Shown here in pieces: positions 25,746 to 34,914 of a stretch of 64,000 nucleotides of DNA. The notes under the pieces were generated by a model that searched no databases, had not been told where the DNA came from, and saw nothing but the letters and a program-made list of their open reading frames with translations. A program made the position numbers and the translations under genes. Origin of the DNA: an uncultured Syntrophaceae bacterium (GTDB lineage: Bacteria; Desulfobacterota; Syntrophia; Syntrophales; UBA2192); the NCBI GenBank assembly GCA_964429555.1, contig CAYSDD010000001.1, positions 15,627 through 79,626 of the forward strand, written 5' to 3'. Each line of letters starts with the position of its first letter. Positions within the stretch are counted from its first letter, which is position 1.

Positions 25746-26780
25746 ATGAAAAAAGTTGTGACCTTCGGCGAGATCATGCTCCGGCTCAATCCGCCGGGCT
25801 TCCTTCGGTTCGATCAGGCGACGTCCTTCGACGCCTCCTTCGGGGGCGGCGAGGCGAACGTCGCCGTTTCCCTCGCCCGGTTCGGCGTGGCGGTCGACTA
25901 CGTGACGCGCCTGCCCGACAACGAGCTGGGCGATGCCTGCATCGCCGTCCTGCGGGGCCACGGCGTGGGGACGTCCAAGATCCTGCGGGGGGGGAGCCGG
26001 ATCGGCATCTACTTCCTCGAAAACGGCGCGGCCCAGCGGGCGGGAAAGGTCATCTACGACCGCGAGGGCTCCTCCATCGCCGCGGTCGAGAAGGGGATGA
26101 TCGACTGGGAACGGGTCTTCGAGGATGCCGACTGGTTCCACTGGACGGGGATCACGCCCGCCGTGAGCCGCGGACTGTGCGAGGCCTGCCTCGAGGGGAT
26201 CGTGAAGGCGAAGGCAATGGGCCTCACGGTGTCCTGTGACCTGAATTACCGCTCCAAGCTCTGGAAATGGGGCAGGAAGGCGGGCGATGTGATGCCGGAC
26301 ATGGTGAGATACTGCGATGTCGCGGTCGGGAACGAGGAAGACGCCGAGAAGGTGTTCGGCATCCGGGCGCCCGGCGCGGACGTCGCCGGGGGAAAGGTCG
26401 ATCCGGAAGCGTACCGGCCCGTGGCCGAGGCGCTGAAAAGCCGCTTCCCCGGCCTGAAGCAAATCGCCATCACGCTCAGGGGCAGCATCAGCGCGAGCCG
26501 GAACACCTGGTCGGGGCTTCTCTATGACGGAAGGACGCTGTACCGGGGGCCCCTGTTCGACATCGACCACATCGTGGACCGCATCGGCAGCGGGGACGCC
26601 TTTGCGGCCGGTCTGATCTACGGGCTGCGCACCTACGGCGAGGCCCACCAGCGCACCCTCGATTTCGCCGTGGCGGCGTCGTGCCTGAAACATTCCGTTT
26701 TCGGGGATTTCAACCGTGTCGGTGTCGAGGAAGTGGCGGCCGTCGCATCCGGCGCGGCCTCGGGCAGGGTATCCCGTTAG
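25746..26780 (+). CDS. kdgK: 2-dehydro-3-deoxygluconokinase (PfkB family)
   Basis: MKKVVTFGEIMLRLNPPGFLRFDQATSFDASFGGGEANVAVSLARFG is the typical KdgK N-terminus, and a DRIGSGDAFAAG anion-hole motif is present. Confidence 0.85.
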   Translation: MKKVVTFGEIMLRLNPPGFLRFDQATSFDASFGGGEANVAVSLARFGVAVDYVTRLPDNELGDACIAVLRGHGVGTSKILRGGSRIGIYFLENGAAQRAGKVIYDREGSSIAAVEKGMIDWERVFEDADWFHWTGITPAVSRGLCEACLEGIVKAKAMGLTVSCDLNYRSKLWKWGRKAGDVMPDMVRYCDVAVGNEEDAEKVFGIRAPGADVAGGKVDPEAYRPVAEALKSRFPGLKQIAITLRGSISASRNTWSGLLYDGRTLYRGPLFDIDHIVDRIGSGDAFAAGLIYGLRTYGEAHQRTLDFAVAASCLKHSVFGDFNRVGVEEVAAVASGAASGRVSR

Positions 26781-26827
26781 ATCGGCACGGCGGATGCTCG
26801 CCGGACGAGCACGAGGAGGCAAGGGGC

Positions 26828-27502
26828 ATGGCACGATTCAAACGGCTGGACGTTCTCAACGCCATGATGGCAAGCGGGCTGGTCCCCGTCTTTTACCATG
26901 GCGAGGCTGAAACGGCAAAAAAAGTCGCAAAGGCGGTCGCGGAAGGCGGGGCGAGGCTCCTGGAATTCACCAATCGCGGGGATTTCGCGCACGAGGTCTT
27001 TTCCGAGCTCAGCCGGTGGTGCGGGCGGGAGCTCCCGGATCTGATCCTCGGTGCCGGGTCCGTCGTCGATCCGGGCACGGCGTCCCTGTACATCGCCAGC
27101 GGGGCGAACTTCATCGTCGGCCCGGTCCTCAACGCGGAGGTCGCGAAGCTGTGCAACCGCAGGAAGATCGCCTACCTGCCCGGGTGCGGCAGCGCAAGCG
27201 AGGTGTCGCAGGCCGAGGAGCTGGGCGTCGAGATCTGCAAGATCTTCCCCGGCGGCGAGGTCGGCGGTCCGGCGTTCGTAAAGGCCCTCCTCGCGCCGAT
27301 GCCCTGGACGAACATCATGCCGACGGGGGGAGTCGAGGCAACGAGGGAATCCATCCGGGAGTGGTTTGCCGCGGGCACGGCCTGCGTCGGCATCGGTTCC
27401 AATCTCATCACGAAGGCGTGCGTCGATGCGGGCGACTTCGGCGCCATTGCCCGGAAAACGGCCGAGGTGCTCGGCTGGATCCGCGAGGCGAGGAGCAGAT
27501 AA
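26828..27502 (+). CDS. eda: KDPG / 4-hydroxy-2-oxoglutarate aldolase
   Basis: An AGGAGG RBS precedes the gene. ...GLVPVFYHGEAETAKKVAKAVAEGGARLLEFTNRG...KIFPGGEVGGPAFVKAL is Eda-like; 224 aa. Confidence 0.85.
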   Translation: MARFKRLDVLNAMMASGLVPVFYHGEAETAKKVAKAVAEGGARLLEFTNRGDFAHEVFSELSRWCGRELPDLILGAGSVVDPGTASLYIASGANFIVGPVLNAEVAKLCNRRKIAYLPGCGSASEVSQAEELGVEICKIFPGGEVGGPAFVKALLAPMPWTNIMPTGGVEATRESIREWFAAGTACVGIGSNLITKACVDAGDFGAIARKTAEVLGWIREARSR

Positions 27503-28549
27503 ATGACCGGACAGACCGTGATCGTCGAGAGCGCCGCGCTGCGCCGTGTCCTTGCGAATCTGCTGTCGGCGGCAGGGGTCCGTGACGAAGACTCGCAGAT
27601 CGTCGCCGATTCCGTCACCACGGCGGAGCTCTTCGGTTTCCAGTCCCACGGCGTGATCCGGGTTCCCCACTACCTCAAGCGCCTCCGGATCGGCTCGATC
27701 AACAAGCGCCCGGAGATCCGGGTCGTGCAACGCTCGGGCAACACGGCGGTCGTCGACGGGGACCACGGGCTGGGGCACGCCGTCGCCCATTTCGCGATGC
27801 GCGAGGCCATCGGGCTGGCGGAAAGCGGGGTGGGGGTTGTCGGCGTGCGAAACAGCAGCCATTTCGGGATTGCGGGGTACTTCGCCCTGCAGGCGGTCCG
27901 GAGGGACATGATCGGGGTCGTCGTCAGCCACACCGACGCCAGCGTCGTGCCCTACGGGGGACGGAAGCCTGCGGTCGGGACCAACCCGCTTGCCGTTGCC
28001 GTCCCGACGGACAGGGAATACCCCGTTCTGCTCGACATGGCGACGAGCACCGCGTCCCTCGGAAAGGTCCTCGTGGCCAGGGACAAGGGGGAGAGCATCC
28101 CGCCCGACTGGGCCGTCGACGAGGAGGGGAACCCGACGACGGACCCGCACAGGGCGAAATACCTCCTGCCGATGGCCGGGCCGAAGGGCTACGGGCTGGC
28201 GCTGATCTTCGACATCCTGTCGGGGCCGCTCACGGGCGCTGCCTTCGGGAAGCACATCCCGCTGATGTACGGCGATTACGAGAAACACCGCGAGCTGGGT
28301 CATTTCATGGGGGCCATCAACGTGGAGCGATTCGTGCCGGTCGGGCAATTCAAGAGAAACGTGGGCCTCATGATGGACGACATCCACGCGACCCCCCCGG
28401 CCAGGGGGTTCGACCGCGTCCTTGTCCCCGGGGAACGGGAATACCTGATCATGCGCGCCTACGAGAGGGACGGCATCCCGATACCCCTTGGAACCATGAA
28501 CGACCTGAGAGCCGCGGCGAAAGAGCTCGAGGTCCGGTTGGATCTTTAG
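27503..28549 (+). CDS. Ldh_2-family (malate/L-lactate/diketogulonate-type) oxidoreductase
   Basis: ...TTAELFGFQSHGVIRVPHYLKRL...NSSHFGIAGYFA...GTNPLAVAVP are Ldh_2 family motifs. Confidence 0.8.
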   Translation: MTGQTVIVESAALRRVLANLLSAAGVRDEDSQIVADSVTTAELFGFQSHGVIRVPHYLKRLRIGSINKRPEIRVVQRSGNTAVVDGDHGLGHAVAHFAMREAIGLAESGVGVVGVRNSSHFGIAGYFALQAVRRDMIGVVVSHTDASVVPYGGRKPAVGTNPLAVAVPTDREYPVLLDMATSTASLGKVLVARDKGESIPPDWAVDEEGNPTTDPHRAKYLLPMAGPKGYGLALIFDILSGPLTGAAFGKHIPLMYGDYEKHRELGHFMGAINVERFVPVGQFKRNVGLMMDDIHATPPARGFDRVLVPGEREYLIMRAYERDGIPIPLGTMNDLRAAAKELEVRLDL

Positions 28550-28582
28550 AGAAAGGAAACCGCGGGCGTCCGGTCGATGGGA

Positions 28583-28611
28583 TTGACGGCAGGGCCGTCC
28601 TGGCATAGGAT
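28583..28611 (+). promoter_or_regulatory. Sigma-70-like promoter candidate giving a near-leaderless btuF mRNA
   Basis: TTGACG-N17-TAGGAT. The -10 ends 8 nt before ATG 28620, and no SD is present. Confidence 0.4.
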
Positions 28612-28619
28612 GACCTGCC

Positions 28620-29447
28620 ATGAAGAGAATCCTCTCAACTGCCGTCATCCTCTTCTGCCTCGCTGCGCCCGCCTTCGGGGCTCCGCCCGCCCGGATCGTC
28701 TCGCTTGCGCCCAACATCACCGAGATCCTCTTCGACCTGGGCCTCGGGGACCGCGTCGCGGCGGTGACCGACTTCTGCGACTACCCGCCGGCCGTGAAGG
28801 GAAAGCCCCGCGTGGGCGGCTTCACGAACCCCTCGCTCGAGGCCGTCGTCGGCGCGAAGCCCGATCTCGTGATCCTGACCGACGACGGCAACCCCAAGGC
28901 GATCTACAACCGTCTCCGGGATTTGGGCATCCCCTGCTACGTCTTCAGGCCGCGGCGCCTCGAGGAACTGCCCGGGGGCATCCGGGATCTGGGCGCGGTC
29001 CTGGGTGTCGGGAAGGACGCCGCGGCGCTTGCCGGCAAAATAGAAAGAGAGATGGCGGCCCTGGAGAAAAAGGCCCGTCAGAAGCGCGTCCGGCCCCCGA
29101 AGTCGGCCCTCTTCATCATCCAGCCTGAGCCCGTCGTCGTGGCAGGCCCCGGAACGCTCATCCACGAGGCCTTCGGCATCCTCGGCATCCGCAATGTCGC
29201 CGCCGACGGGACGGACAAATACCCAAAGTTTTCCCTCGAAGAGATCATCCACCGCAACCCGGACTACCTCCTTGCCGGGCAGGGGTTCATGTCGGGCGGG
29301 GGCATCGAGCGCCTCAAGGACAGGCTTCACATGCTTCCCGCCGTCCGGGAGGGTCGGATCTGTGTCGTCACGGAGCGGCTCTACCGCCTGAGCCCCCGGG
29401 CCGTCGCCGGGATCGAGGAAATGGCACGGTGCGTCGAAGGGCCTTAG
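28620..29447 (+). CDS. btuF: Periplasmic cobalamin/iron-siderophore ABC substrate-binding protein (BtuF-like)
   Basis: A signal peptide is followed by RIVSLAPNITEILFDLGLGDRVAAVTDFCDYP, a BtuF/FecB class III SBP signature. Confidence 0.8.
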   Translation: MKRILSTAVILFCLAAPAFGAPPARIVSLAPNITEILFDLGLGDRVAAVTDFCDYPPAVKGKPRVGGFTNPSLEAVVGAKPDLVILTDDGNPKAIYNRLRDLGIPCYVFRPRRLEELPGGIRDLGAVLGVGKDAAALAGKIEREMAALEKKARQKRVRPPKSALFIIQPEPVVVAGPGTLIHEAFGILGIRNVAADGTDKYPKFSLEEIIHRNPDYLLAGQGFMSGGGIERLKDRLHMLPAVREGRICVVTERLYRLSPRAVAGIEEMARCVEGP

Positions 29448-29552
29448 TGTTTTGTTCTCTATCTCCTTATTTTTCCTCCCTTCTTAACTTCCGGTTTTCC
29501 TGGTGACCGTCCTTTCTTGGTCCTTGACAAAGCCCCGATGCTTTGTTACGGG

Positions 29553-29725
29553 ATAACTATCCAAGGGGGTGGGCAGATGGAAGAGGGGTGAAAATCCCCC
29601 GCTGCCCCGCAGCCGTGATGGGAACGAAATCCCGATGAGCCACTGTCATGGTCACCATGATGGGAAGGCGGGAGAGTAGGCCGCCCTAAGCCGGAAGACT
29701 GGTCCATCCCGTTAGCCTCGAGGGA
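29553..29725 (+). promoter_or_regulatory. Cobalamin riboswitch 1
   Basis: GGTGAAAATCCCCCGCTGCCCCGCAGCCGTGA..., the B12 box GAGCCACTG, ...GGGAAGGCGG...AAGCCGGAAGAC. It ends just before the GAGGGAGG SD and the GTG of btuC. Confidence 0.85.
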
Positions 29726-29732
29726 GGTTGCG

Positions 29733-30824
29733 GTGACCCGGTTCTTCCTTTTCATATCCCTTTTGGCCGTTCCGGCAATCGCCCTTTCCGTCGCATCGAG
29801 AATCGAGACGGGCAAGGCGGCAACACCGCTTCGGGTGAGCCGCGTCTGCGTCCTGCTGTTCGGCGTGTTCGCGGCCGTGGCGGCCATGGCCGCCGTCACC
29901 GGCCCCCACCGGATCGACCTGATCGCACTGCTGAGGCAGGGCCTCGCTGCCGATACGTCGCCCGAGCACACCATCGTCTTCTCCGTCCGCATCCCCCGCA
30001 TCCTGCTGGCCGCCGTCGTCGGCGCCGCCCTGTCCACGGCGGGCGCCGTGTTCCAGGGGCTGCTGCGCAACCCCCTGGCTGACCCCTACATCCTCGGAGT
30101 CTCCGGCGGGGCCGCCGTGGGCGCCGTCCTCGGCATCATCGCGGGGCTCGACATCCTGCCCTTCGGCATCCCGGCGCTGGCCGCCCTGGGCTCCTTTGCG
30201 GCCATCGTCCTTGTCTTCGGCGTGGCCGGCCGCAGGGGCGAGACCCCGTCGGGAACGCTCCTGCTCTCGGGGGTCATCGTGAACGCCTTCTGCACGGCGG
30301 CCATCATGTTCCTGATCTCCACGGCTTCGGGCACGCGCCTGCACGGCATCATGTTTTGGCTGATGGGGGACCTGGGACTCGCCGAGAGCGGGCAGGCCCT
30401 CCTGGGGGCCGTTGCCCTGCTGGCGGGCTTCGCCATCATCTACCTGCACTCCCGGTCCCTGAACCTGCTCGTCATCGGCGAGGAGCAGGCCCTGCAGCTC
30501 GGGGTGGACGTCGAGAAAACGAGGCGGGTGCTCTTCTTTGCCGCCTCCTTCATCACGGCGGCCGCCGTGTCGCTCTCGGGTCTCATCGGCTTCGTGGGGC
30601 TTCTCGTGCCGCACCTGATCCGGATGATCTTCGGTTCCGACTACCGGCTGCTGCTGCCCGCCAGCTGTCTCTTCGGCGCCACCTTCCTCGTGGCGGCCGA
30701 CACGCTGGCCCGGACGGCTCTGGCGCCCAGCGAGCTTCCCGTGGGGGTGATCACGGCCCTCTTCGGGGCACCCTTTTTCATTTACCTGCTGAAGAAAACG
30801 GAGGCGGGCCGATGCCGCTTCTGA
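29733..30824 (+). CDS. btuC: FecCD-family ABC permease (cobalamin/iron-chelate import)
   Basis: ...RIPRILLAAVVGAALSTAGAVFQGLLRNPLADPYILGVSGGAA is the FecCD signature; GTG start. Confidence 0.85.
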   Translation: MTRFFLFISLLAVPAIALSVASRIETGKAATPLRVSRVCVLLFGVFAAVAAMAAVTGPHRIDLIALLRQGLAADTSPEHTIVFSVRIPRILLAAVVGAALSTAGAVFQGLLRNPLADPYILGVSGGAAVGAVLGIIAGLDILPFGIPALAALGSFAAIVLVFGVAGRRGETPSGTLLLSGVIVNAFCTAAIMFLISTASGTRLHGIMFWLMGDLGLAESGQALLGAVALLAGFAIIYLHSRSLNLLVIGEEQALQLGVDVEKTRRVLFFAASFITAAAVSLSGLIGFVGLLVPHLIRMIFGSDYRLLLPASCLFGATFLVAADTLARTALAPSELPVGVITALFGAPFFIYLLKKTEAGRCRF

Positions 30825-31585
30825 GCGTGGACAGGGTCAGTTTCAAGTACGGCGAGCAGTGGGTCCTGCGGGGGATCGACTTCGAGGTCGAGAAGGGCGA
30901 TTTCCTCGGCGTCATCGGTCCCAACGGCTCGGGCAAGACGACGCTGCTGCGTATCATCGACGGGATCCTCCGCCCCCAGGAGGGCGAGGTCCGGCTCGAG
31001 GGGACGGAGATCGGCAGGCTCCGGCGCGACGCCCTGGCCCGCAGCGTGGCCGTCGTGCCCCAGTACTCGGCCCTGGCCTTTCCCTTTTCCGTGGAGGAGG
31101 TCGTGCTCATGGGCCGCTCGCCGCATCTCGGCCGCTGGCGCTTCGAGGCCGACCGGGACTACCGCATCGCACGCGAGGCCATGGAGATGACGGACACGCT
31201 GGCCTTGGCGGCGCGCGACATGGAGTCGCTCTCCGGCGGCGAGCGGCAGCGGGTGCTCATCGCCCGGGCCCTGGCGCAAGAACCGAGGCTCATGCTGCTG
31301 GACGAGCCGACGGCCTTCCTGGACATCCGGCACCAGGTGGATTTCTTCGACCGCATCCGGGCGCTCAACCGCGACCGGGGGCTCACGATCGTCGCCGTGA
31401 CGCACGACATCAACCTGGCCGCCCACTACTGTGACCGGGTGATCCTGCTGAAGGACGGGCGCATCGAGGCGGCGGGTTCCGTCGAGGCGGTCATAACGGA
31501 CGAGAACATCCGGAGGGCCTACGAGACGAGGGTCCTGGTGGACCGGCACCCCGCGACGGGGTCGCCGAGGATCACGCTGACGTAG
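30812..31585 (+). CDS. btuD: ABC transporter ATP-binding protein (BtuD/FepC-like)
   Basis: Walker A GPNGSGKTTLL, signature LSGGERQRV and Walker B LMLLDEPT. ATG 30812 overlaps the end of btuC. Confidence 0.85.
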   Translation: MPLLSVDRVSFKYGEQWVLRGIDFEVEKGDFLGVIGPNGSGKTTLLRIIDGILRPQEGEVRLEGTEIGRLRRDALARSVAVVPQYSALAFPFSVEEVVLMGRSPHLGRWRFEADRDYRIAREAMEMTDTLALAARDMESLSGGERQRVLIARALAQEPRLMLLDEPTAFLDIRHQVDFFDRIRALNRDRGLTIVAVTHDINLAAHYCDRVILLKDGRIEAAGSVEAVITDENIRRAYETRVLVDRHPATGSPRITLT

Positions 31586-31599
31586 AGCAAAAGCGAAAA

Positions 31600-31765
31600 A
31601 AAAGAGAAAGAAGCTGTCGGAGCGAGGAAGCCGGTCGAAATCCGGCGCTGCCCCGCAACTGTAGGCGGAGCGAAATCCGCAGCGTTTGCCACGGGTCACC
31701 GGCACAGGGGGCCCGGAAGGCGCGGAGAGTAGGGGGCCGCAAGCCAGTAGACTCGACCGACGGCG
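31600..31765 (+). promoter_or_regulatory. Cobalamin riboswitch 2
   Basis: GAAGCCGGTCGAAATCCGGCGCTGCCCCGCAACTGTA..., a B12-box variant TTGCCACGG, ...CCGGAAGGCGCGG...AAGCCAGTAGAC. It lies upstream of the TonB-dependent receptor. Confidence 0.8.
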
Positions 31766-31803
31766 CAACAATGCCAATTCCCGAGGGGGAAGGAGGAAAA
31801 GAG

Positions 31804-33849
31804 ATGATTCGCATGAGCAGGGGAGTCGTCGTTTTGTGTCTTCTCGCGCTGGCCGTCACGGCCTCTCCCGGGCTTGCACGGGCCCAGGCGTCGCCGGACA
31901 CTGCCCGGCCCGAGTACCGGATGGGCGAGGTGGTCGTCACGGCCACCCGCGACGCCCAGGAGGTGCGCAAGGTCCCGGCCAACGTGACGGTGATCACGGC
32001 CGAGGATATCCAGAATTCGGGCGCCACGAGCGTTCCCGAGGTGCTGACGGGCCTCGTGGGCATCAACGTCACCAGCTACAGCGGCAACGCCTCGCAGTCC
32101 ATCGTGGACATGAGGGCGTTCGGCACGGAGGCGGGTTACCTTCGCCACGTGGTCCTGCTGGACGGCCGGCGCCTGAACCGCCCCGACATTGCCGGGGTCA
32201 ACTGGCTCGAGATCCCGCTGTCGGAGATCGAGCGCATCGAGGTGGTGCGCGGGGCAAGCAATGTGCTGTACGGGGATGCCGCCATCGCCGGCGCCATCAA
32301 CATCATCACCAAGCGTGGCGAGGGGAAGCCCAAGGGGGATGTAACCTTCATCGGGGGGAGCTACAACACGTACAACGGACGCGCCGGCATTCGGGGCTCG
32401 GCGGACAAGCTCTACTATGCGCTGAGCGGCGAGGGCCTCACGACGAGCGGCTACCGGGACCGCTCCAAGTTCACCACGGAAGGCGCGGGCGGCTCGGTCG
32501 GCTACAACCCCAGCGATGCCCTCGACGTCTCCCTGGGGATCACCTACAACAAGACCGACAACCAGTTCCCGGGCGCCCTGACGGCGGCCCAGCTCGCGTC
32601 CAACCGCCGGCAGGCCCAGAACCCCGACGACGACGCCAGCTCGAGCTTCTTCGACGCCAACCTACTCGTCAAAACCGTCCTGGGCCCCTACGGACGCCTC
32701 GACGGCAACTTGATCTACGGCAGGCGGGAGGTGACCTCCAACTATTCCTCCTTTGCCTCCTTCACGAAGATCGGCATCGACACGGTGGGCGCCACCCCAC
32801 GCTACATCCTCGACAGGAAGCTCTTCGGCTTCGACAACAAGCTCACCGTCGGCGTCGACTTCTACCGGGATCAGCTCGACAAGGACACCTTCTCGAGCCG
32901 CTCGCAGGCGGTGAGAACCTACGAGGCGGAACTGAAGCGCCGGACCGCGGGTCTTTACGCCCGCGACGAGTTCAGCATCCTGAAGGATCTCATCCTGGCG
33001 CTCGGCGCACGGACGGAGCGGGCCGACGTCGACGGCAGCGAAACGAATCTGGGCACGGGCGTGAAGGTCTTCGACGCCGAGAAGGTCCACAAGGGGACGG
33101 CCTGGGAGGGCTCGCTGACATATCTCTTCGGCCAGAAGGCGAAGGCCTGGGCCAAGTACGCAACGATCTACCGTTTCCCTTCGCTCGATCAGCAGGCCTC
33201 CTACTACGCCTTCCCCTTCGACAGCTTCCTGACGGACCTCGAGAAGGAAACGGGCAAGAGTTACGAGGTGGGCACGCAGGCAAGCCCCCTGAAGGACCTC
33301 AAGCTGGGGCTCACGTTCTACCTCATCGACATGGAGGACGAGATCAGCTACAACCCCGTCACATTCCGCAACGAGAACCTCGACAAGACGAGGCACCGGG
33401 GCGTCGAGTTCACGCTGGACTGGCAGTTCCGGAACGTGGCGCGCCTCCTGGCCAACTACACGTTCCAGGAGGCCTTCTTCCGCGAGGGGGCGAACAAGAA
33501 CAAGGACGTCCCCTTGGTGCCGAACCACATGGCGAACGGGGCCCTGGAAATTTATCTTCCCTGGAACCTCACGCTGCGGCCCGAGGTCCGGTACGTGGGC
33601 GATCAGTACTTCGGCTCCGACATCGACAACAGCTCGACGAAGCTCGACAGCTATATGATTGTCAACCTCTATTTGAGATACCAGCCCGACTGGAAGATGT
33701 TCGGGGTCGCGAAGCCGACGGCTTTCGTGGGGGTGGAAAACCTCTTCAACAAGAGCTACGTCCCCGTGGGGTATGAGACCTTCTCGGGGCTGAGCTATTA
33801 CCCCGCGCCGGAGATGAACTTCCGGGGAGGAATCTCCCTGTATTTCTGA
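31804..33849 (+). CDS. btuB: TonB-dependent outer-membrane receptor (BtuB-like by riboswitch context)
   Basis: The protein has a signal peptide, the TonB box and plug (GEVVVTATRDAQEVRKVPANVTVITAEDIQNSGA), and the C-terminal beta-barrel terminus MNFRGGISLYF. Confidence 0.85.
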   Translation: MIRMSRGVVVLCLLALAVTASPGLARAQASPDTARPEYRMGEVVVTATRDAQEVRKVPANVTVITAEDIQNSGATSVPEVLTGLVGINVTSYSGNASQSIVDMRAFGTEAGYLRHVVLLDGRRLNRPDIAGVNWLEIPLSEIERIEVVRGASNVLYGDAAIAGAINIITKRGEGKPKGDVTFIGGSYNTYNGRAGIRGSADKLYYALSGEGLTTSGYRDRSKFTTEGAGGSVGYNPSDALDVSLGITYNKTDNQFPGALTAAQLASNRRQAQNPDDDASSSFFDANLLVKTVLGPYGRLDGNLIYGRREVTSNYSSFASFTKIGIDTVGATPRYILDRKLFGFDNKLTVGVDFYRDQLDKDTFSSRSQAVRTYEAELKRRTAGLYARDEFSILKDLILALGARTERADVDGSETNLGTGVKVFDAEKVHKGTAWEGSLTYLFGQKAKAWAKYATIYRFPSLDQQASYYAFPFDSFLTDLEKETGKSYEVGTQASPLKDLKLGLTFYLIDMEDEISYNPVTFRNENLDKTRHRGVEFTLDWQFRNVARLLANYTFQEAFFREGANKNKDVPLVPNHMANGALEIYLPWNLTLRPEVRYVGDQYFGSDIDNSSTKLDSYMIVNLYLRYQPDWKMFGVAKPTAFVGVENLFNKSYVPVGYETFSGLSYYPAPEMNFRGGISLYF

Positions 33850-33886
33850 CGGGCCGCGGGCGACAGAGGATCCGGGCAGGCGAATC

Positions 33887-34693
33887 ATGAACGTCACGAC
33901 GTGGAGAAGGGAAGGCCCCGCTGACCTTGGCCTGGCTGTCGACGGGCCGGCGGAGCTCTCCGCGCGTCAGCCTTTGCGGCGCCGCGGCAGGGGCATGCTC
34001 CCCGGGATCGCCCTGTCCGCGGTTCTCCATGCGGCCGTCCTTGCGCTCGTCCTGTTTGCCGTGGCAAACCCCTTCATCGGGTTCCCGACGGACGGTGACG
34101 AGGGGATCGTCCGGGTCTCGCTCGTGACGGTCACAGCGGGGCCTGACAACGGCGCACCGGCACCGCCGGAGGCTAAGACCAGACAGGTCCGGGCGGCAAA
34201 GGCGGACCCCGTCGCGGTTCAGAAGGCCATGGAGAACACCGTCATCGCCGAAGCAGCCGATCGTCGCGCGGCCGAGCGGCAGGAGGCGGTGACGAGCATT
34301 GCCGTCGAGCCCGCCCGGTTGCAGGCGTCTGCGGGACGCGGCACGGCCGCGGGCGAGGCGGCCCGGGGGCAGCGGCAGGCGGGCTCAGCGCAGGAAGGCT
34401 ACTCGGAGGCCATGCCCCGCTACCGCGAGAACCGGCCCCCCGTGTACCCCGGCCTGGCGAGGCAGAGGGGGTACGAGGGCGATGTGCTGATCGCGGCCGA
34501 GGTCCGGTCCGACGGGCGCATCGGGGCCGCCCGCATCAAGCGCTCCTCGGGCTACGCTTCCCTGGACCAGTCGGCCCTCGAGGCCGTGCGGGGATGGCGG
34601 TTCGAGCCGGCAAGGCGGATGGGCAGCCCCGTGGACGCCTGGGTGGAGATTCCCATCCGCTTCAAACTCTCGCCGCATGACTCGTTCATGTAA
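33887..34693 (+). CDS. tonB: TonB-family energy transducer
   Basis: The protein has a TM anchor GIALSAVLHAAVLALVLFAV, an Ala/Pro-rich linker, and the C-terminal TonB domain YPGLARQRGYEGDVLIAAEVRSDGRIGAARIKRSSGYASLDQSALEAVRGWRFEPA. Confidence 0.75.
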   Translation: MNVTTWRREGPADLGLAVDGPAELSARQPLRRRGRGMLPGIALSAVLHAAVLALVLFAVANPFIGFPTDGDEGIVRVSLVTVTAGPDNGAPAPPEAKTRQVRAAKADPVAVQKAMENTVIAEAADRRAAERQEAVTSIAVEPARLQASAGRGTAAGEAARGQRQAGSAQEGYSEAMPRYRENRPPVYPGLARQRGYEGDVLIAAEVRSDGRIGAARIKRSSGYASLDQSALEAVRGWRFEPARRMGSPVDAWVEIPIRFKLSPHDSFM

Positions 34694-34764
34694 TCGCTGA
34701 GTAAAGGCGGACAGAATTACTCCTGCACCCTGGGGAGACTGAAGCTAAGAAGCCAGGCAGCGGG

Positions 34765-34832
34765 GAAGTTCGGAGAAGCCCGAGCTTGCGTTCGACCATA
34801 AGCTCGTCCAGACTTCAGAGCTTCTCAACTTC
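34765..34832 (+). repeat. Extended three-segment hairpin after tonB (terminator-like; member of a loose family)
   Basis: GAAGTT/AACTTC (6 bp), GAGAAGC/GCTTCTC (7 bp) and CGAGCTT/AAGCTCG (7 bp) are nested helices, followed by a T-rich tract. Confidence 0.4.
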
Positions 34833-34914
34833 ACAACTTCTCTTTGATTCGTTCATAAGTGCCCGTCCTGCAATGGTTTCAAGGGGCTCCCGGCGGCACC
34901 GTGAAAAAATTCTG

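Noticed and set aside
26777-28720. 647-aa minus-strand ORF; similar cases are 1545..3383, 15771..17795, 39705..41624, 22239..23309, 23012..24610 and 25326..26834
   Set aside because: All of these are antisense to well-supported plus-strand genes (eda/Ldh_2, flavoprotein/MBL, uxaC/SDR, aroA, dctP, M24, kdgK). They lack an RBS or motifs and have antisense-type composition.
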